From NCBI RefSeq assembly GCF_006345805.1, contig NC_043000.1, positions 128,898,001 through 128,962,000 on the forward strand: DNA of 64,000 bases. Reading direction: 5' to 3'. Below the pieces are notes generated by a model that was given only the letters and a program-made list of their open reading frames with translations, searched no databases and was not told where the DNA came from. The position numbers and the translations under genes are program-made. The DNA comes from Octopus sinensis (Eukaryota). Positions 27,226 through 41,207 of this stretch are shown here, piece by piece. Positions within the stretch are counted from its first letter, which is position 1. Each line of letters starts with the position of its first letter.

Positions 27226-28779
27226 TGATACACTGATGAATCTGTACAAAATAAGAATTTGAACATTTGAAAAAAATGTAATGATATAGACTGCATACAC
27301 AAACATACATAAATAGACACAGGCTCAAGATACATTAGGGCTTGTGTTTGCAACAATAGTGACATACGAAGTTTATAAAAGAAATATCTAGAAGATATTT
27401 TCAAGTATTTAAATACCAACAGACATATGTGTTATTGAAATTCCCAGAATATTTATTGCTACATTCTTTTGACACACATATAATTATATGTTGAATGACC
27501 ATTATTTCGTGTCTATTATTTTTATTGTTTTGTAATGCCACATTCTCTTTAGAGTGATACACATGAGTACAATGAAATATTGTGGGTAATGTCTAGAGAG
27601 TTCTTGTTAGAACTCCCATGTTTCCTGCACTGGAAGGGCCTGGTTAAGAGCCATACGGTGATGTCACACTACTGTACACCATGTAAATTTCTATGGTACC
27701 AGTTAGCATGTTACAGAGAGTGTTTAAAATCTCAGCAGTGCATAAAAAAGCCTCACAAAAAGTCAGAAACAAAGTGAAGATTATGCTTACTTCACACAAG
27801 TCTTTAGATGTTTGGATGAGCCCCATGGCCCATCTATACCCAATATTTTTACCATCTCAAGAAACTTGTAAGTGGAAATCCACAAATCTGAGTCTCTAGC
27901 CATCAAAGAAAATGGTTGGACACTGGAAATGTTTTAAACTCAAAGTTAATTTATAACATTTTTTGAATAAGTGTTACCAATATTGTGAAGTTGTAATGAC
28001 AACATGGAAGAGTTAAAATTCTTTGGACCAAACGAATGATTTTAAATTAACTTAACACATATACACAGACACACATAGGAGGAAGGTGGGATGCTTAAGG
28101 AAAGAACACCTTTTGACTATTTGCTCTGCTTTGCTCGATCAATATTAACCTGAACAACAACATCATTGGCATTAACAACAACAACATCAGTAATACAAGA
28201 AGAGCGACCCTGACATATAAAATGTAAGTTCAGTGGAGATTCTTAGGAAGATGAAATAATGAACAAGAAACATTGACAACCTGTAGGTTTACTAAGATCA
28301 CCGCCATTTTCACTGGAGGGAACCTTTGCTTGGTCGGGCAAACTGCTAGAAATAATAGCTCAAATCTCCATTAAATCACAAACGACCGAGGAAGGACACA
28401 TTGGATAGGTATAGTCCAAGATGCACCCTGCCTGAAAAACTGAAGGGATGGCAACTGCTGGAATGCCTTCCAGAGACATTCCAGTCGTTTCCAGCTAGAT
28501 GAGTACTGACACGGGACTAAGCAATATCACCATTTCCACAACTATCACTTTGTTGTTGCTCGATCTGCTTGAAATAATAGTCAAGTGTCGATCAAATCAC
28601 ACCCTTTTGTCTTAAGCAACATTGGATGATATAATCACTGACAATAATCCCACTAGAAGGACAAAAATAAACATAAATGGAATACCTTTATTCAAGGGGC
28701 TAAGCAATACCTGCAATACCATTATCACCACTGTCGCAACAAACAATGACACCACTACAATAAAGAAAAACAATAATTT

Positions 28780-29615
28780 CTAAAATTGGCACAATGCCAG
28801 GAATTTTGAGACTGTATCAGTGGTGGTGGTTATCGAGTTGATCACCCCCCCTGCACTTGACTGTTCTTTATTTTATAAACTCCTAAAAGATGAAAGAAAA
28901 GGGGATCTCAGCGGAATCTGAATTCAGAACGTAAAAAGCCCAACTAAATACCGCAAGGAATGTTCTTCAATGCTTTAACCATTCTACTAAACCAACGCTT
29001 TCACTACAAAAGACAATAAAATCATCATCACCGACAAAACAACTACTACTGCCACTTAGACCTCTACTCCTACTATCACCACCAAAACTACAACCACTAC
29101 CTCTACTACCAATTGTAACAACAACAACAATAATAAATCAAGCATTTTTAATCTTTCAACAATAGGTTACAATAACATCAACACCACCAACAACAACAAC
29201 AACAACACAAACAGCAACAGAAATAATGATAATTACTAACTTTGGCCCAAGAGCAGTAATTTGAGGGGAGAATGCTATTCGTACTTAGTCCTTCACTGGT
29301 TCTTTGTTTTATCGATTTCGGAAGAATGAACGGCTAAGTTTGGCCTTGGCGGGATTTAAACTTTGAATGTAATGAGCCGGGAAAGTACCGCAAGGTATAT
29401 CTTTCGATTCTGTCAGTTGACTGCCCTGATAGGAAGAACAATAATAACAACAACAACAATGAGATATAAAATGTCGTTGGAGGTTTAAGAACTACAACAG
29501 CAACAACAACTACAGCAGCCGCGGCAGCAGCAGCAGCAGAAGAAGAAGAAGAAGAAGAAGAAGAGAAGAAGAAGAAAGAAGAAGAAGAAGAAGAAAGAAG
29601 AAGAAAATGATGATA

Positions 29616-29646
<31 letters not shown>

Positions 29647-29970
29647 ACTTTAAGTCGAACAATAACAAAGAAGATGAGGAGGAGAAGTAGGAGGAATGCA
29701 CATCAAGCAAAGTAAAACAATATCTCTACGGCAATTAATAATCTTTTCTTCTACTGGTGCAAGGCACAAAGCCTGAAATGTTGCGGGGGGGGGGGCGTAA
29801 GTCGATTACATCGACCACCGTACCCAGCTGGTACTTATTTTACCGACCCCGAAAAAAAATGAAAGGTAAAAGTCGGCGGCGGCAACAGAATTTGAACTCA
29901 GTACATAATAGAGACGGACGAAATGTGACTATGCATTTTGTTCGGCGTGCTAAACGATTCTGCCAACAAT
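28780..29970 (-). mobile_element. Three degenerate family A-like SINEs among (CAA)/(GAA) repeats
   Basis: Copies at about 28780-29000, 29240-29430 and 29745-29970, each with remnants of TGGTACTTATTTTATCGACCCCGAAAGGATGAAAGG. Confidence 0.7.
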
Positions 29971-30078
29971 TAATGACAACATCGACAGCGGCGGTGGCGG
30001 AGGCGGCGGCGACGACAGCAACGATGAACCAACAAAAGCAACAAGTACGACAAGGAAAAACAATAATAATCTTGTCAA

Positions 30079-30815
30079 GGCGGCGAGCTGGCAGAACCGT
30101 TAGCACGCCGGGCGAAATGCGTAGCCGTATTTCGTCTGCCGTTACGTTCTGAGTTCAAATTCCGCCGAGGTCGACTTTGCCTTTCATCCTTTCGGGGTCA
30201 ATAAGATAAATACCAGTTAAGCACTGGGGTCGATGTAATCTACTTAATCCGTTTGTCTGTCCTTGTTTGTCCCCTCCGTGTTTAGCCCCTTGTGGCTAGT
30301 AAAGAAATAGGTATTTCGTCTGTCTTTAAAGGGCAGCGAGCTGGCAGAACCGTTAGCACGCCGGGCGAAATGCGTAGCCGTATTTCGTCTGCCGTTACGT
30401 TCTGAGTTCAAATTCCGCCGAGGTCGACTTTGCCTTTCATCCTTTCGGGGTCAATAAGATAAATACCAGTTAAGCACTGGGGTCGATGTAATCTACTTAA
30501 TCCGTTTGTCTGTCCTTGTTTGTCCCCTCCGTGTTTAGCCCCTTGTGGCTAGTAAGAAATAGGTATTTCGTCTGTCTTTAAAGGGCAGCGAGCTGGCAGA
30601 AACGTTAGCACGCCGGGCGAAATGCGTAGCCGTATTTCGTCTGCCGTTACGTTCTGAGTTCAAATTCCGCCGAGGTCGACTTTGCATTTCATCCTTTCGG
30701 GGTCGATTAAATAAGTACCAGTTACGCACTGGGGTCGATGTAATCTACTTAATCCGTTTGTCTGTCCTTGTTTGTCCCCTCTATGTTTAGCCCCTTGCGG
30801 GTAATAAAAAAAACA
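30079..30815 (+). mobile_element. Tandem trimer of family A SINE
   Basis: Copies start at 30079, 30332 and 30584; whole array flanked by TAATCTTGTCAA (30067-30078, 30821-30832). Confidence 0.95.
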
Positions 30816-30985
30816 AATACTAATCTTGTCAATAACAACAGCAGCAACGACCGACAACAACAGAGTTAGGTGTGCAAAAGGTGGGTGGGGCACTATAAGC
30901 GTGAAGAATGTCATATAATGTGAGATTTTGTGAATGACAACTGCCATATATAGCATTGAACATATGGAAGTAGTAGTAGTAGTAA

Positions 30986-31018
<33 letters not shown>

Positions 31019-31073
31019 AGCTGTGACATACAGCTCTGCGCACCTGCACACACATGTCGATTGTTTTTTTTAT

Positions 31074-31114
<41 letters not shown>

Positions 31115-31281
31115 TCTCTCTCTTTCTCCCCCCCTCTTCCTCTGAAAGATATGGGCTGTGGTCAGAATTGGAGAACTTGGCGAGATGGTCTGCAACAGGT
31201 TTAACATATCCAAAAACACGCCATATGTGACGGAGGCAACCCTGAGACTCAATTAGAAACTGAGCGATCAAAGACAAGGAC

Positions 31282-31785
31282 ATGTATGTATGTATGTATG
31301 TATGTATGTATGTATGTATGTATGTATGTATGTGTGTATTATGTATGTATGTATGTATGTATGTATGTATGTATGTGTATGTATGTATGTATGTATGTAT
31401 GCATGTATGTATGTATGTATGTGTATATGTGTGTATTATGTATGTATGTATGCATGTATGTATGCGTGTGTGTATGTATGCGTGTGTGTATGTATGTATT
31501 ATATACACACACACATATACAAGTATACATATATATATATATGTGTATGTGTGTGTGTGTATGTGTATTTAGAAAGATAGACACATACATGCAAGCACAC
31601 ACACGCAGACATACATACATACACACATACATACACACACACACATACACACATACATACATACACACACGCAGACATACATACATACATACATACATAC
31701 ATACACACACGCAGACATACATACATACATACATACATACATACATACATACATACATACATACATACATGCATGCATACATACA
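31282..31785. repeat. (TATG)n followed by (CATA)n compound microsatellite
   Basis: Directly visible; explains the MYVC/HTYI ORFs. Confidence 0.95.
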
Positions 31786-32227
31786 TCAGTTAGTGATGTT
31801 ACAACACCATCTCAGCTGAGGAAGATATGCTGATAATCTCCTTTGCCTATCTGACCAATCACAGCTCACAATCTGCTACAGCTGCTTTCGTTGCTGCTGC
31901 AGCTGTTGTAGCAACAACAAATGCTTCAGTGACAGCAGCAACGGGCAAATGCAGCAGCAACGCACTTGCAATGTTCCTTCTTTCACCCTCACAGCGTGCG
32001 AAAGAAGTGTATCTATGTAGTCGTTTGACCCGCTAGAAATAGCAACTAAATCTTCCTCATATTATACCCTGTTATTCCTCGTTTATTATCTTGACTTTAT
32101 TCCATAAAAGTTAGTGATTTTCTTTTTTTACTTCCACAAATCATCTGTCACTCTCGATTTTTCGGGTTTTCCGGGGATGGCAACTCTATCAAATTCCTTT
32201 AACTTTACTTTTAGGGTTCATCTAGAG

Positions 32228-32424
32228 CAGTGCTTTTCAAACTTTTTGCTGGAGCGGAACCACAAGGAAACATTCCACTTGCTCGAGGAACCCCTGTGCA
32301 ATAATTTAATAATCTTATGCACACATATCTGCACAGGAGAATTATAAATTACTACCGATTTTTGCAGTTTTGTAACTTCTTGCGGAACCCTAAGGTTCCG
32401 CGGAACACTGGTTGAAAACCACTG
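32228..32424. mobile_element. Non-autonomous hAT (Charlie-type) MITE, 197 bp
   Basis: TIRs CAGTGCTTTTCAAAC / GGTTGAAAACCACTG (13 of 15 match); perfect 8-bp TSD ATCTAGAG at 32220-32227 and 32425-32432, fitting the Charlie NTCTAGAN preference. Confidence 0.92.
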
Positions 32425-33394
32425 ATCTAGAGTCACCTTTATATTCGCTGTCACAATTAATTACACCGAATGGAATACATACAATTCTTGGTCGTGTTCC
32501 CTTCTGATTAAACCCAGAAAATTAACTTATTTTTGAATACTCACCTGAAGTATGAACTCCAAATCTGAAATCGTTTCCCAGCATGCCTCTAATGAAAGAC
32601 AAAATATGCTTTTTTACTTACTTTTTCGACCCTTTTATCTCTACCTTTTGAAGCTGATGCTATGCTTGCAGGGTAGTTATTACTCTGAAGGGTCTTTCTA
32701 ATCCTGATCACCTCTTGTTGGTTTGTGTCCAATTCATCACGAATTTTACTCGATGCTACTGACTGCAAACAATCCTTTGCTTCCCACGCTATGAAATATA
32801 GGAATCAAAGTTTGAGTATTATCCCTTAATGTGGGCTTGCGGAAGAAAATCCCTATGGAACACAGTCAAGATAATAAATAGGGAACAACCTCTGAATATA
32901 ATCCGACTGAAAAAAACAGTATATTCGATAACATTTTCATTAGGCCTTGCATAGGGAAGAACTGGTGTTTGTCTCTATGCGGGGTCCCTTTAGTTAAAAA
33001 AAATATAGAGAGTCATTAAGCTTCTAATTTACACTACCTTATGTTCATGCTGATTAATTGGATAATTAATACAAGCTCTAATTACGCGTTAAGTACTGGT
33101 TAATGTGAATTTAATACTTGGGTCAAAAACTCCTTCTTTTAGTAGAACGAACTAACAGTATCACAAGTAGAATTACTAATCAGTTATGGACAGCGAAATA
33201 AGAATTTAATATGGGGTTCAATTTGAAATTCTGAGATTTAAACTGGTATGATAGTTATCTGAAGGGCTGGGTCCAACTGCTGGCACGTTGTGAACCTAAA
33301 GACCAAAATGCACCAACATGAATATATCAGTATAATTCCTCATCTCAACAATTCAAAGATAATATGGAACAACTAGAGAGTCTTTATACAAACG

Positions 33395-33626
33395 CTCTAC
33401 TTGCTAGAAATAGCAGCCAAATATATCTCGCATTATATCGCACCGTCCAAAAAAGATTAAAAATAATAATGAAATACGGAAAAAAATAGCCCAGAAAAGA
33501 GACACGGTTCTGCACACACCGTCTGAAATACTAAAAAGACTGGATGGTCACAATTGGGATTACTTTTGATCGTAGTTTTGCTACATCAAAACTGAAATGG
33601 ACCTAAACAACAACAACAACAACAAC
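33395..33626 (+). mobile_element. Family C SINE-like repeat with (AAC)n tail
   Basis: TGCTAGAAATAGCAGCCAAAT...GGATGGTCAC...CTAAACAACAACAAC. Confidence 0.75.
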
Positions 33627-33655
33627 ATTAATCTCTGAAATAAATGTAAACTATA

Positions 33656-33846
33656 GGCGTAGGAGTGGCTGTGTGGTAAGTAGCTTGCTTACGAACCACA
33701 TGGTTCCGGGTTCAGCCCCACTGCGTGGCACCTTGGGCAAGTGTCTTCTACTATATCCTCGGGCCGTGGATTTGGTAGGTGGAAACTGAAAGAAGCCGTC
33801 GTATATATGTATATGTGTGTATGTGTGTGTGTGTGTGTGTGTATGT

Positions 33847-33900
<54 letters not shown>

Positions 33901-34126
33901 TGTGTGTGTGTGTGTTTGTGTGTCTGTGTTTGTCCCCCCAACATCGCTTGACAACCGATGCTGGTGTGTTTAACACGTCGTAACTTAGCGGTTGGGCAAA
34001 AGAGACCGATAGAATAAGTACAAGGCTTACAAAGAATAAGTCCTGGGGTCGATTTGCTCGACTAAAGGCGGTGCTACAGCATGGCCACAGTCAAATGACT
34101 GAAACAAGTAAAAGAGTAAAAGAGTA
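33656..34126 (+). mobile_element. Full-length tRNA-derived SINE, family B, with internal (GT)n
   Basis: Head GGCGTAGGAGTGGCTGTGTGGTAAG..GGTTCAG.CCC, CORE-like GGCACCTTGGGCAAGTGTCTT, tail (GTAAAAGA)n. Confidence 0.92.
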
Positions 34127-34849
34127 CTATTCAGTAGTAATTCTGATTCTGAAACCTGGTCGATGTCATTTCAAAAGAAGCAAGAAGTAATTTGAGGACG
34201 GTTTGACTAGTTTTTCTCTCAAGTAGGTGACCCAATAGAGCCATCATCGTGTACTATTTTAGAATGCTAGAATCCTAAGTTCATATTCATTCTGCTCCTT
34301 TGTTGCTATTTACCATATTTATGTCCCCAAAGACTGGATTATGATTTCATATAACCAAGAAACGTTTATATTTGCTCTAGAATTTAATCTAACGAAAACT
34401 TATTGTTTGATGATATGTTGACTGAAACACTTGGATCTCTTTGTTATACAATATTGTTTAATAAGCCAACATTTTATTAGTTATGTATGTATGTTTGAAG
34501 TGTAGTTTTCGTCATTTAAACTCCCGAGTCTACTTTGTAAATATATTGATTATAACGCTTGATGATATTTTCCTTGACACACGAATCCTTATTCATTTCC
34601 CTATCTCAACACCCATATTCTATTCCTAAGGTTCTCAACATTATGGTTTTTGACACAGTGACCATACTACTGACACTGATATCAAATGTGGCTAAAAATT
34701 CTCTATAGGGCTACGTGGTTTCGCGTTCTATCCCACTAAACGCCACTTACCTGTATCTTTTGTTGTAGCCGCAGGTCTTTCAAAGCTTTCTTAGAGGAAA
34801 TTGGTAGACGGAAATTGTGCGAAAGGCTGTTGAGAGGAACATACCGGTT

Positions 34850-35449
34850 TCTGAATGGCAGATTTGATTCGATATACGGTCACTCGTGACACCTGGCATG
34901 TGGAAGATCTTAGCGGAGTCCATCTTGTTGCTAGAATTTGGGTGAAATAAATGATCTGAGGACAGCTTTCACCCTTCTAAACTTTTACGAGGAAGCTGAA
35001 AAGATCACAGTCCGTGCCGGTCCCTAGTCAGTGACAGGAAACCAGGAAAGGTAGATGGATGCTGTCCTTTCTCCTGACAGTTAGGAAGCTACAAACAGTC
35101 GGTCAGCACTGATTGTCTTGTCGCCAATCTTGAAGGATCTGTAAGATAGTGATGGACACTGACCTTACACCCGCCTTTTTAGAGAACCTCTAAAAGTTGT
35201 TCCTGACCGTTTCCATCACATCTGCTATGTTGAAAGTGATTGCAATAGGAAACAAGTTGGCAGGATCAGAAAAGGTTGCGCTCCTGACCCTGCCAACTAT
35301 CGTCCTATCGCAATATCATTCTATAATGTGTTCAAATCCCTATATTGCGATTGGAAGACTGTGTGATCTCGAACATCAGCAAATAGCTTTGTAGATAGAT
35401 CGATCGATAAATAGCTGGATGGATGGATGGACGGACAGACAGACTGATT

Positions 35450-35546
<97 letters not shown>

Positions 35547-36870
35547 GTGGACATAGAAATAAGAGTGAGATTTAAGGGAAGAGATGCTGTCAAGACCACT
35601 GTTTTCTTTTTTGAAGCGGCCAATAGCGCTTTTGTCCTTGGCCTGTATGTGTGGTGGTCACCTGGTGGAGTGGAAATGAATAGTTTGGGAGTAGATTAAC
35701 ATAGTGTATTTAGTGTGGAATTGGATGCAGCAACTGAATAATTTTGAGTAACGGAAGGGCTTGCGAATTATGCAACGAAGAGAAGCACCCTTCGCGATTC
35801 ATATAAGGATCTTTCAAGAAATATTGTCTGTTTTGTAGGGTAGAAGATTTTTCTGAATATTGTGGATAGTGTCTTTTATGTGAACTGCTGCAGTGCAGTT
35901 ACGAATGAAGTATTTGGGAGATTATATGATGTGAGTTTTGTTTGTGTGTTGGATGTGGATGGACATCGTAAGATGATTGTTTTAACCATTAACTCAGCTA
36001 TTTCTAATAGGTCAGATCATGTGATGCTATGAATAGTTAGCATAAAAAGGCAGAATTTTAACCGGTTAGTAAACTTGAAATACCACATGGTCAGTAGCGT
36101 TGTGTGGTTTGTGGGTGTGTAGTGATTAGGTAGTGGTTGGGTGACTTGATAGGTGCAGAGACAGTTAAGGTCCGACAAAGGTTTGGTTTTGGGTTAAGAA
36201 AGAGGTCAAATGTGTTTGTCAGAGATGTGTAAGGGATAAAAGGTGTTGATGTAAAAAAGCTGAGGATAATGAAAGATTTGGTTTCCTAACCAACGGCATT
36301 TGTATGAGATGACTGTGAGAGTGAAGAAGTTTTATGAGCATAGAAGTCACTGACAGTGATGACCTTGAAGACGAGTGAAATGAGATAGATATATTCGGTG
36401 CAAGAAGAGATATTATCAAATAGATCTTGGTGGCTGGAGACGTTTGGAGAATGACAGACGATGCAAATGTATTTGAAGGAGTTGAGGAAAGAAGACTTTG
36501 AGCCAGAGTTACTTATATCTAAGTGAGAAAAAGGTTACTGATAGACAAAATTGAATCTGTGTATGTGCAGACATCTTTGAGACCCAAATATGAGTAACGA
36601 GTATAAACCCGGACTGCAAAGATGAATTATAGGTAAAGATTGAGAGATTTGTGTCTCGGGGAGGAATAGGATGTATGGCTGGATGGCTGATTGTATTTCA
36701 TTTTGTTTGGTGTTGCTAGTAAATAGGGAGGTGAGAGATTTTGTAGGTGTTACTTTAGTCTATTATTTTAGAGTCAAGGTTCTAGGTACTTGATATAAGG
36801 GTGAAATAGTTTTGAAGAGCTATGTCTGTAGAATGGTGAAATGCTGCGAATGTGATGTTACTTGTTTATG
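34850..36870 (-). pseudogene. Decayed CR1/L2/Jockey-group LINE: APE endonuclease plus start of RT, split by a (GACA)/(GATA) tract
   Basis: Minus strand: PETQIS, LWLK, YICIVCHSP, ITVSDFYAH, NTFDLFL (cf. ETQI, YRSP, GDFNAH, LDLFLT) at about 36200-36660, and SDPANLFPIAITFNIADVMET at about 35205-35270. Outer boundaries approximate. Confidence 0.7.
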
Positions 36871-38974
36871 GGACTAATTAATATCTATTATTTAATAATG
36901 TTTAAACTTTATTGCATTTACAATATTTCTCTTTTAAATATTTTATCAACACTCTTTGTTTTTCCAATTTTAAGTAACAATTTGGATTGCTTGAATCGAT
37001 CCAGAACAATTACATCACACATATCTATAACAGTCTGTACATATTCTAACCTCATATATATCGTCTACAGATACTCTCAACCATATTCAGCTCTATGATT
37101 CAGAAATTAACAGACAAATATATGTTTATGTTTTTTTAAGGGAAATACTCTATGGTTGATTGTAAAACACGTTTATATATTAATACTAGCTAGAGATTAT
37201 AGGCAGAAAGAATATATTAGGTAAGATTGTAAATTAAAACTATATATTGTATGGGGCCGTAGAGATAAAGAAAAGGAGATGTGCGTAATGAGGTTGTAGA
37301 CAGGGAGGACATTTTAAATAGGTTACTCACAGAAAAGAACATTGGTGAGATTGGAGCCTCTCTGTCATATGCAGGACTCATGAAAGCGAGTCAAACAGGA
37401 AAAGTTGCATCTTTAGTGCATTTAGTAAATAATTAGAAAACGCGTGCTCGATTACCTCTGGTTTTTATTCGCGCTAGATACCTTTCCACTTGCCCTTTGT
37501 ATCTACATCCACACTTGAATATTAAAAAGTGTTACAATTTTGCAGTTTATAAGCATTTTCTGGAGAGGTCTTGTCATATCAGTTATACAGCGTAAACGAT
37601 TTTTAACGGTTGATTAAGCTATAACTAATAGTATGTAGAATATTGGATTGAAAAACCCTGGGGTAGAAAAGAGTTCGAAGGCTGTCCGTGGAACTCGAAG
37701 CCACATCTTCAGTTAACATGACAAACAGTCTAATGTTATACGAAAGTTGCCCTCCGAATTCTCTCTGTCCATTCTAAAAACTCAGCTAGTACCAACGAGA
37801 ATTGTATGTTGTTTACATTACAAGAATTTAGAAACTTTGAGGTATGAAATGAACCTAAAGCTATAGATAATAACATTTAGAATACTGGATTTTAGAACTC
37901 CTTGGATACAAAAAAGTCGATGGCTTCCCGGGAAAAAATTCGAAGAGTTGCTTTGGTATAAGGGTTAGGACATCATGTTTACAGAAAATATGATTTAGTT
38001 TCAGGAGCAGCCTTGTTTTTTTTTTTCATCCAAAGGTTATAGTTTTCTTTAGCCCAATTTTCTTACGCACTGTTATTCGTAGCTTTATCTACTTCGGGTT
38101 CCACCGTTAAACATGATTTATATCTCATGAAGTTTCTAAATTCTTATGATGTATACAAGGAAAGAATTGGCAGCGCGACGCACAAATATTTTGTGATATT
38201 AAGTTATGTTCTTTTACATTATGAGTTCAAATTCTGCGGAGATAAACTTTGAGTTTCACCATCTCTCTCAGTCAAGTTTTAGGCTCGATTAAAATCAACT
38301 TTACTATGTTCCCTTATTTACGACATTGAGTTTATACAAAAAAAAAAAAAACCCATTCGATATGCAGTAGCGGTAAGGGTGATTGTGGAAGTCGTCCCTT
38401 TAGGTTCTGTGTTTTAATCCTGCTACGATCAATTTTCGCTTTTCCTCTTTGTGGGATTGATATAGTAAACACTAGTCAAATACTAGGACCATTTGTAACC
38501 CAGCCTCCTCCGGAAAATATAAAAAGATATCAACATTGTATGGCTTTCTGAATATGTTAGAAGCAAAAATTCATGATGTTATATTTTCAACCATTAACTA
38601 AGATTTGCTGGAAATTTATAATCTGTGACAATTATTATAAACTCTAGTTACGTTGTGCAACTTGGTTCACTTCTTGCGAGAGGTACTTACAGGTTCCTTA
38701 CATGATTCAAAAATATAGGACAAAAAAAACCCATAAATATAGAAGACAAAATAATAATTAAAAAAGCTAAAAACAAAAATCAACCAATAAATAAACAAAA
38801 ACACCTCCATTTTCTGTACTACTTCTAACATCTGCTCTTACACAGTCCATATAGATTCTGAAGCGTTTTCACATAAAGAAAAGCCCTCCTTTGTATATTG
38901 CTCATACTTCTTTAGTCGTTGTCATTTATATAGGAATATAGGAGGCATCAATGATGCTTGTACGTATTATATGA

Positions 38975-39190
<216 letters not shown>

Positions 39191-40206
39191 TGTGTGTGTG
39201 TGTGTGGTGTGTGTGTGTATACAGCCTCTTTGTATGTGTATATGTATGTGTGACTCTCTCTCTGTCTGTGTTTGAATGTAAGTATGAATATACATGTATG
39301 CATAAAGATGCTTATATGCTCGATTCGGTATGAATGCTCACAACAATAATATAACAGAGTAGTGGTGGTGGTGGTGGTAATGATGGCGATGGTGGTGGGT
39401 AATAAATAACAACAATAACAAGAACAACAAGAACAACAGCTACAATGAAACCAGCAACAGCAACAACAATACAAATGCGTTCTTACTGCGCAAGCATGCA
39501 ACAGTTGAAGTCTGCTAATGCGCACTTATGCTCATTCATCTCTCTTCCCCCCCTCTCTCGCTCCGGCTCTCTTTCTTTCTCTCTCTCTCTCTCTTCCTTT
39601 GCCTCTCCTCCTCTCTTTCTCTTTCGGCACATTTATCTCACGCATTAGTAATGAAATAATTTGTTATCATTCGGTAAATCAAATGTAAACCGCGCGCGCA
39701 CGCACGCAAAGATACACACACACACACACACACTCACACACACACTCTCGCACACACACGTTCATACACACAAGCATTCATACACGCGCGCGCGCACGCA
39801 ACAAGTGCAATATCCGGGTTACTATGTTGATATTGTAAATGACGTTTGCTTTTGATTTTATTTGTTGATAGGTGTTTTATGTATAAAGGAAAGCAAGAAA
39901 GAAGCAAGCAAAGACAAAAAAAAAAGGCAAAAGAAAAAAAAAAGAAAAGCAAAAGTCGAAAAGAAAGAACAAAAGCAAAAAAAAAAAGGAAGAAGGAATA
40001 CAAAAAAGGAAACAACAACAACAACAACAAATAGTTTTAAAACAAAAGAAAAAGAAAAAGAATGATAAAAATGACGGCAAATTTAACTCATTGAAAATTG
40101 GGAAATTCATGATGAGATTTGATGAAGTAATCCCAGAAACCCTCATTTCACAAATATTGTGCGGTGATGACGATGATGATAATGGTGCATATGTACTGTA
40201 TATATG

Positions 40207-40276
<70 letters not shown>

Positions 40277-40316
40277 TAAATAAATAGATAGATAGATAGA
40301 TAGGTAGGTAGGTAGG

Positions 40317-40382
<66 letters not shown>

Positions 40383-40462
40383 GTAGATAGATATGTGTGT
40401 ATGTGTGTGTGTGTGTGTGTGTGTGCGCGACGCGTTGTGCGTGTGTATACACATACACACAC

Positions 40463-40545
40463 GCCGCCGCAACTCCAAGTTTCAGTCCCAGTTATCGCAC
40501 ACGAGTTGCTACACGCGCACTCAACTGGGCGTCATCAGCGTCAAC
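40463..40545 (-). ncRNA. Divergent hammerhead-ribozyme-like motif (type I order)
   Basis: Minus strand GTTGACG CTGATGA cg CCCAGTT...AACTGGG act GAAAC ttgga GTT g CGGCGGC; core intact, 7-bp helix II, imperfect helix junctions. Confidence 0.35.
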
Positions 40546-40981
40546 CAAACACCACCACCACCACCACCACTACCGCCATAGTCACCTGCACCAGCACTAA
40601 CAACAACAACAACAACACATCGCCTGCACCACCTCTGTCGCTACTACTGTCACCATCACCATCATCATCATCATCGTCACAATGTCATCATAATCATCAT
40701 CGTCTTTGTCGTCTTCGTCGTCGTCATTGCCACTGTCAAACTAATCACCTTCGTATCACACAAATTGCTTGCTATGCATGTTTGCCAAAACAATTCGACT
40801 GCTAGAAAAAAGTGTTCGTGCATGTGTATGTATGCGCGCGTGCATATGCATGCGAATGCACGACTGTGTATGCGCTTTCAAGACTGCGCGTGAGTATGAT
40901 TGTGCGTTAATGTATGTCTCAGAGAGAGGGGGAGAGAGAGAGTGAGAGAGAGAAGGGGAGAGAGAGAGTGAGAGAGCATCA

Positions 40982-41016
<35 letters not shown>

Positions 41017-41172
41017 TGAAAGTGACAGTGAGAAGGGGGGGGGCTATCGGGTGGATAATGGCGGTTGACTATGTTTATAGTTTGACGTCCATTGAGAGAT
41101 ATATTCTCCCATCATTCATTGCGTCGACAATGTTTGAACAACCGATATGTACGTCATTTCACATCTTCACGT

Positions 41173-41207
<35 letters not shown>

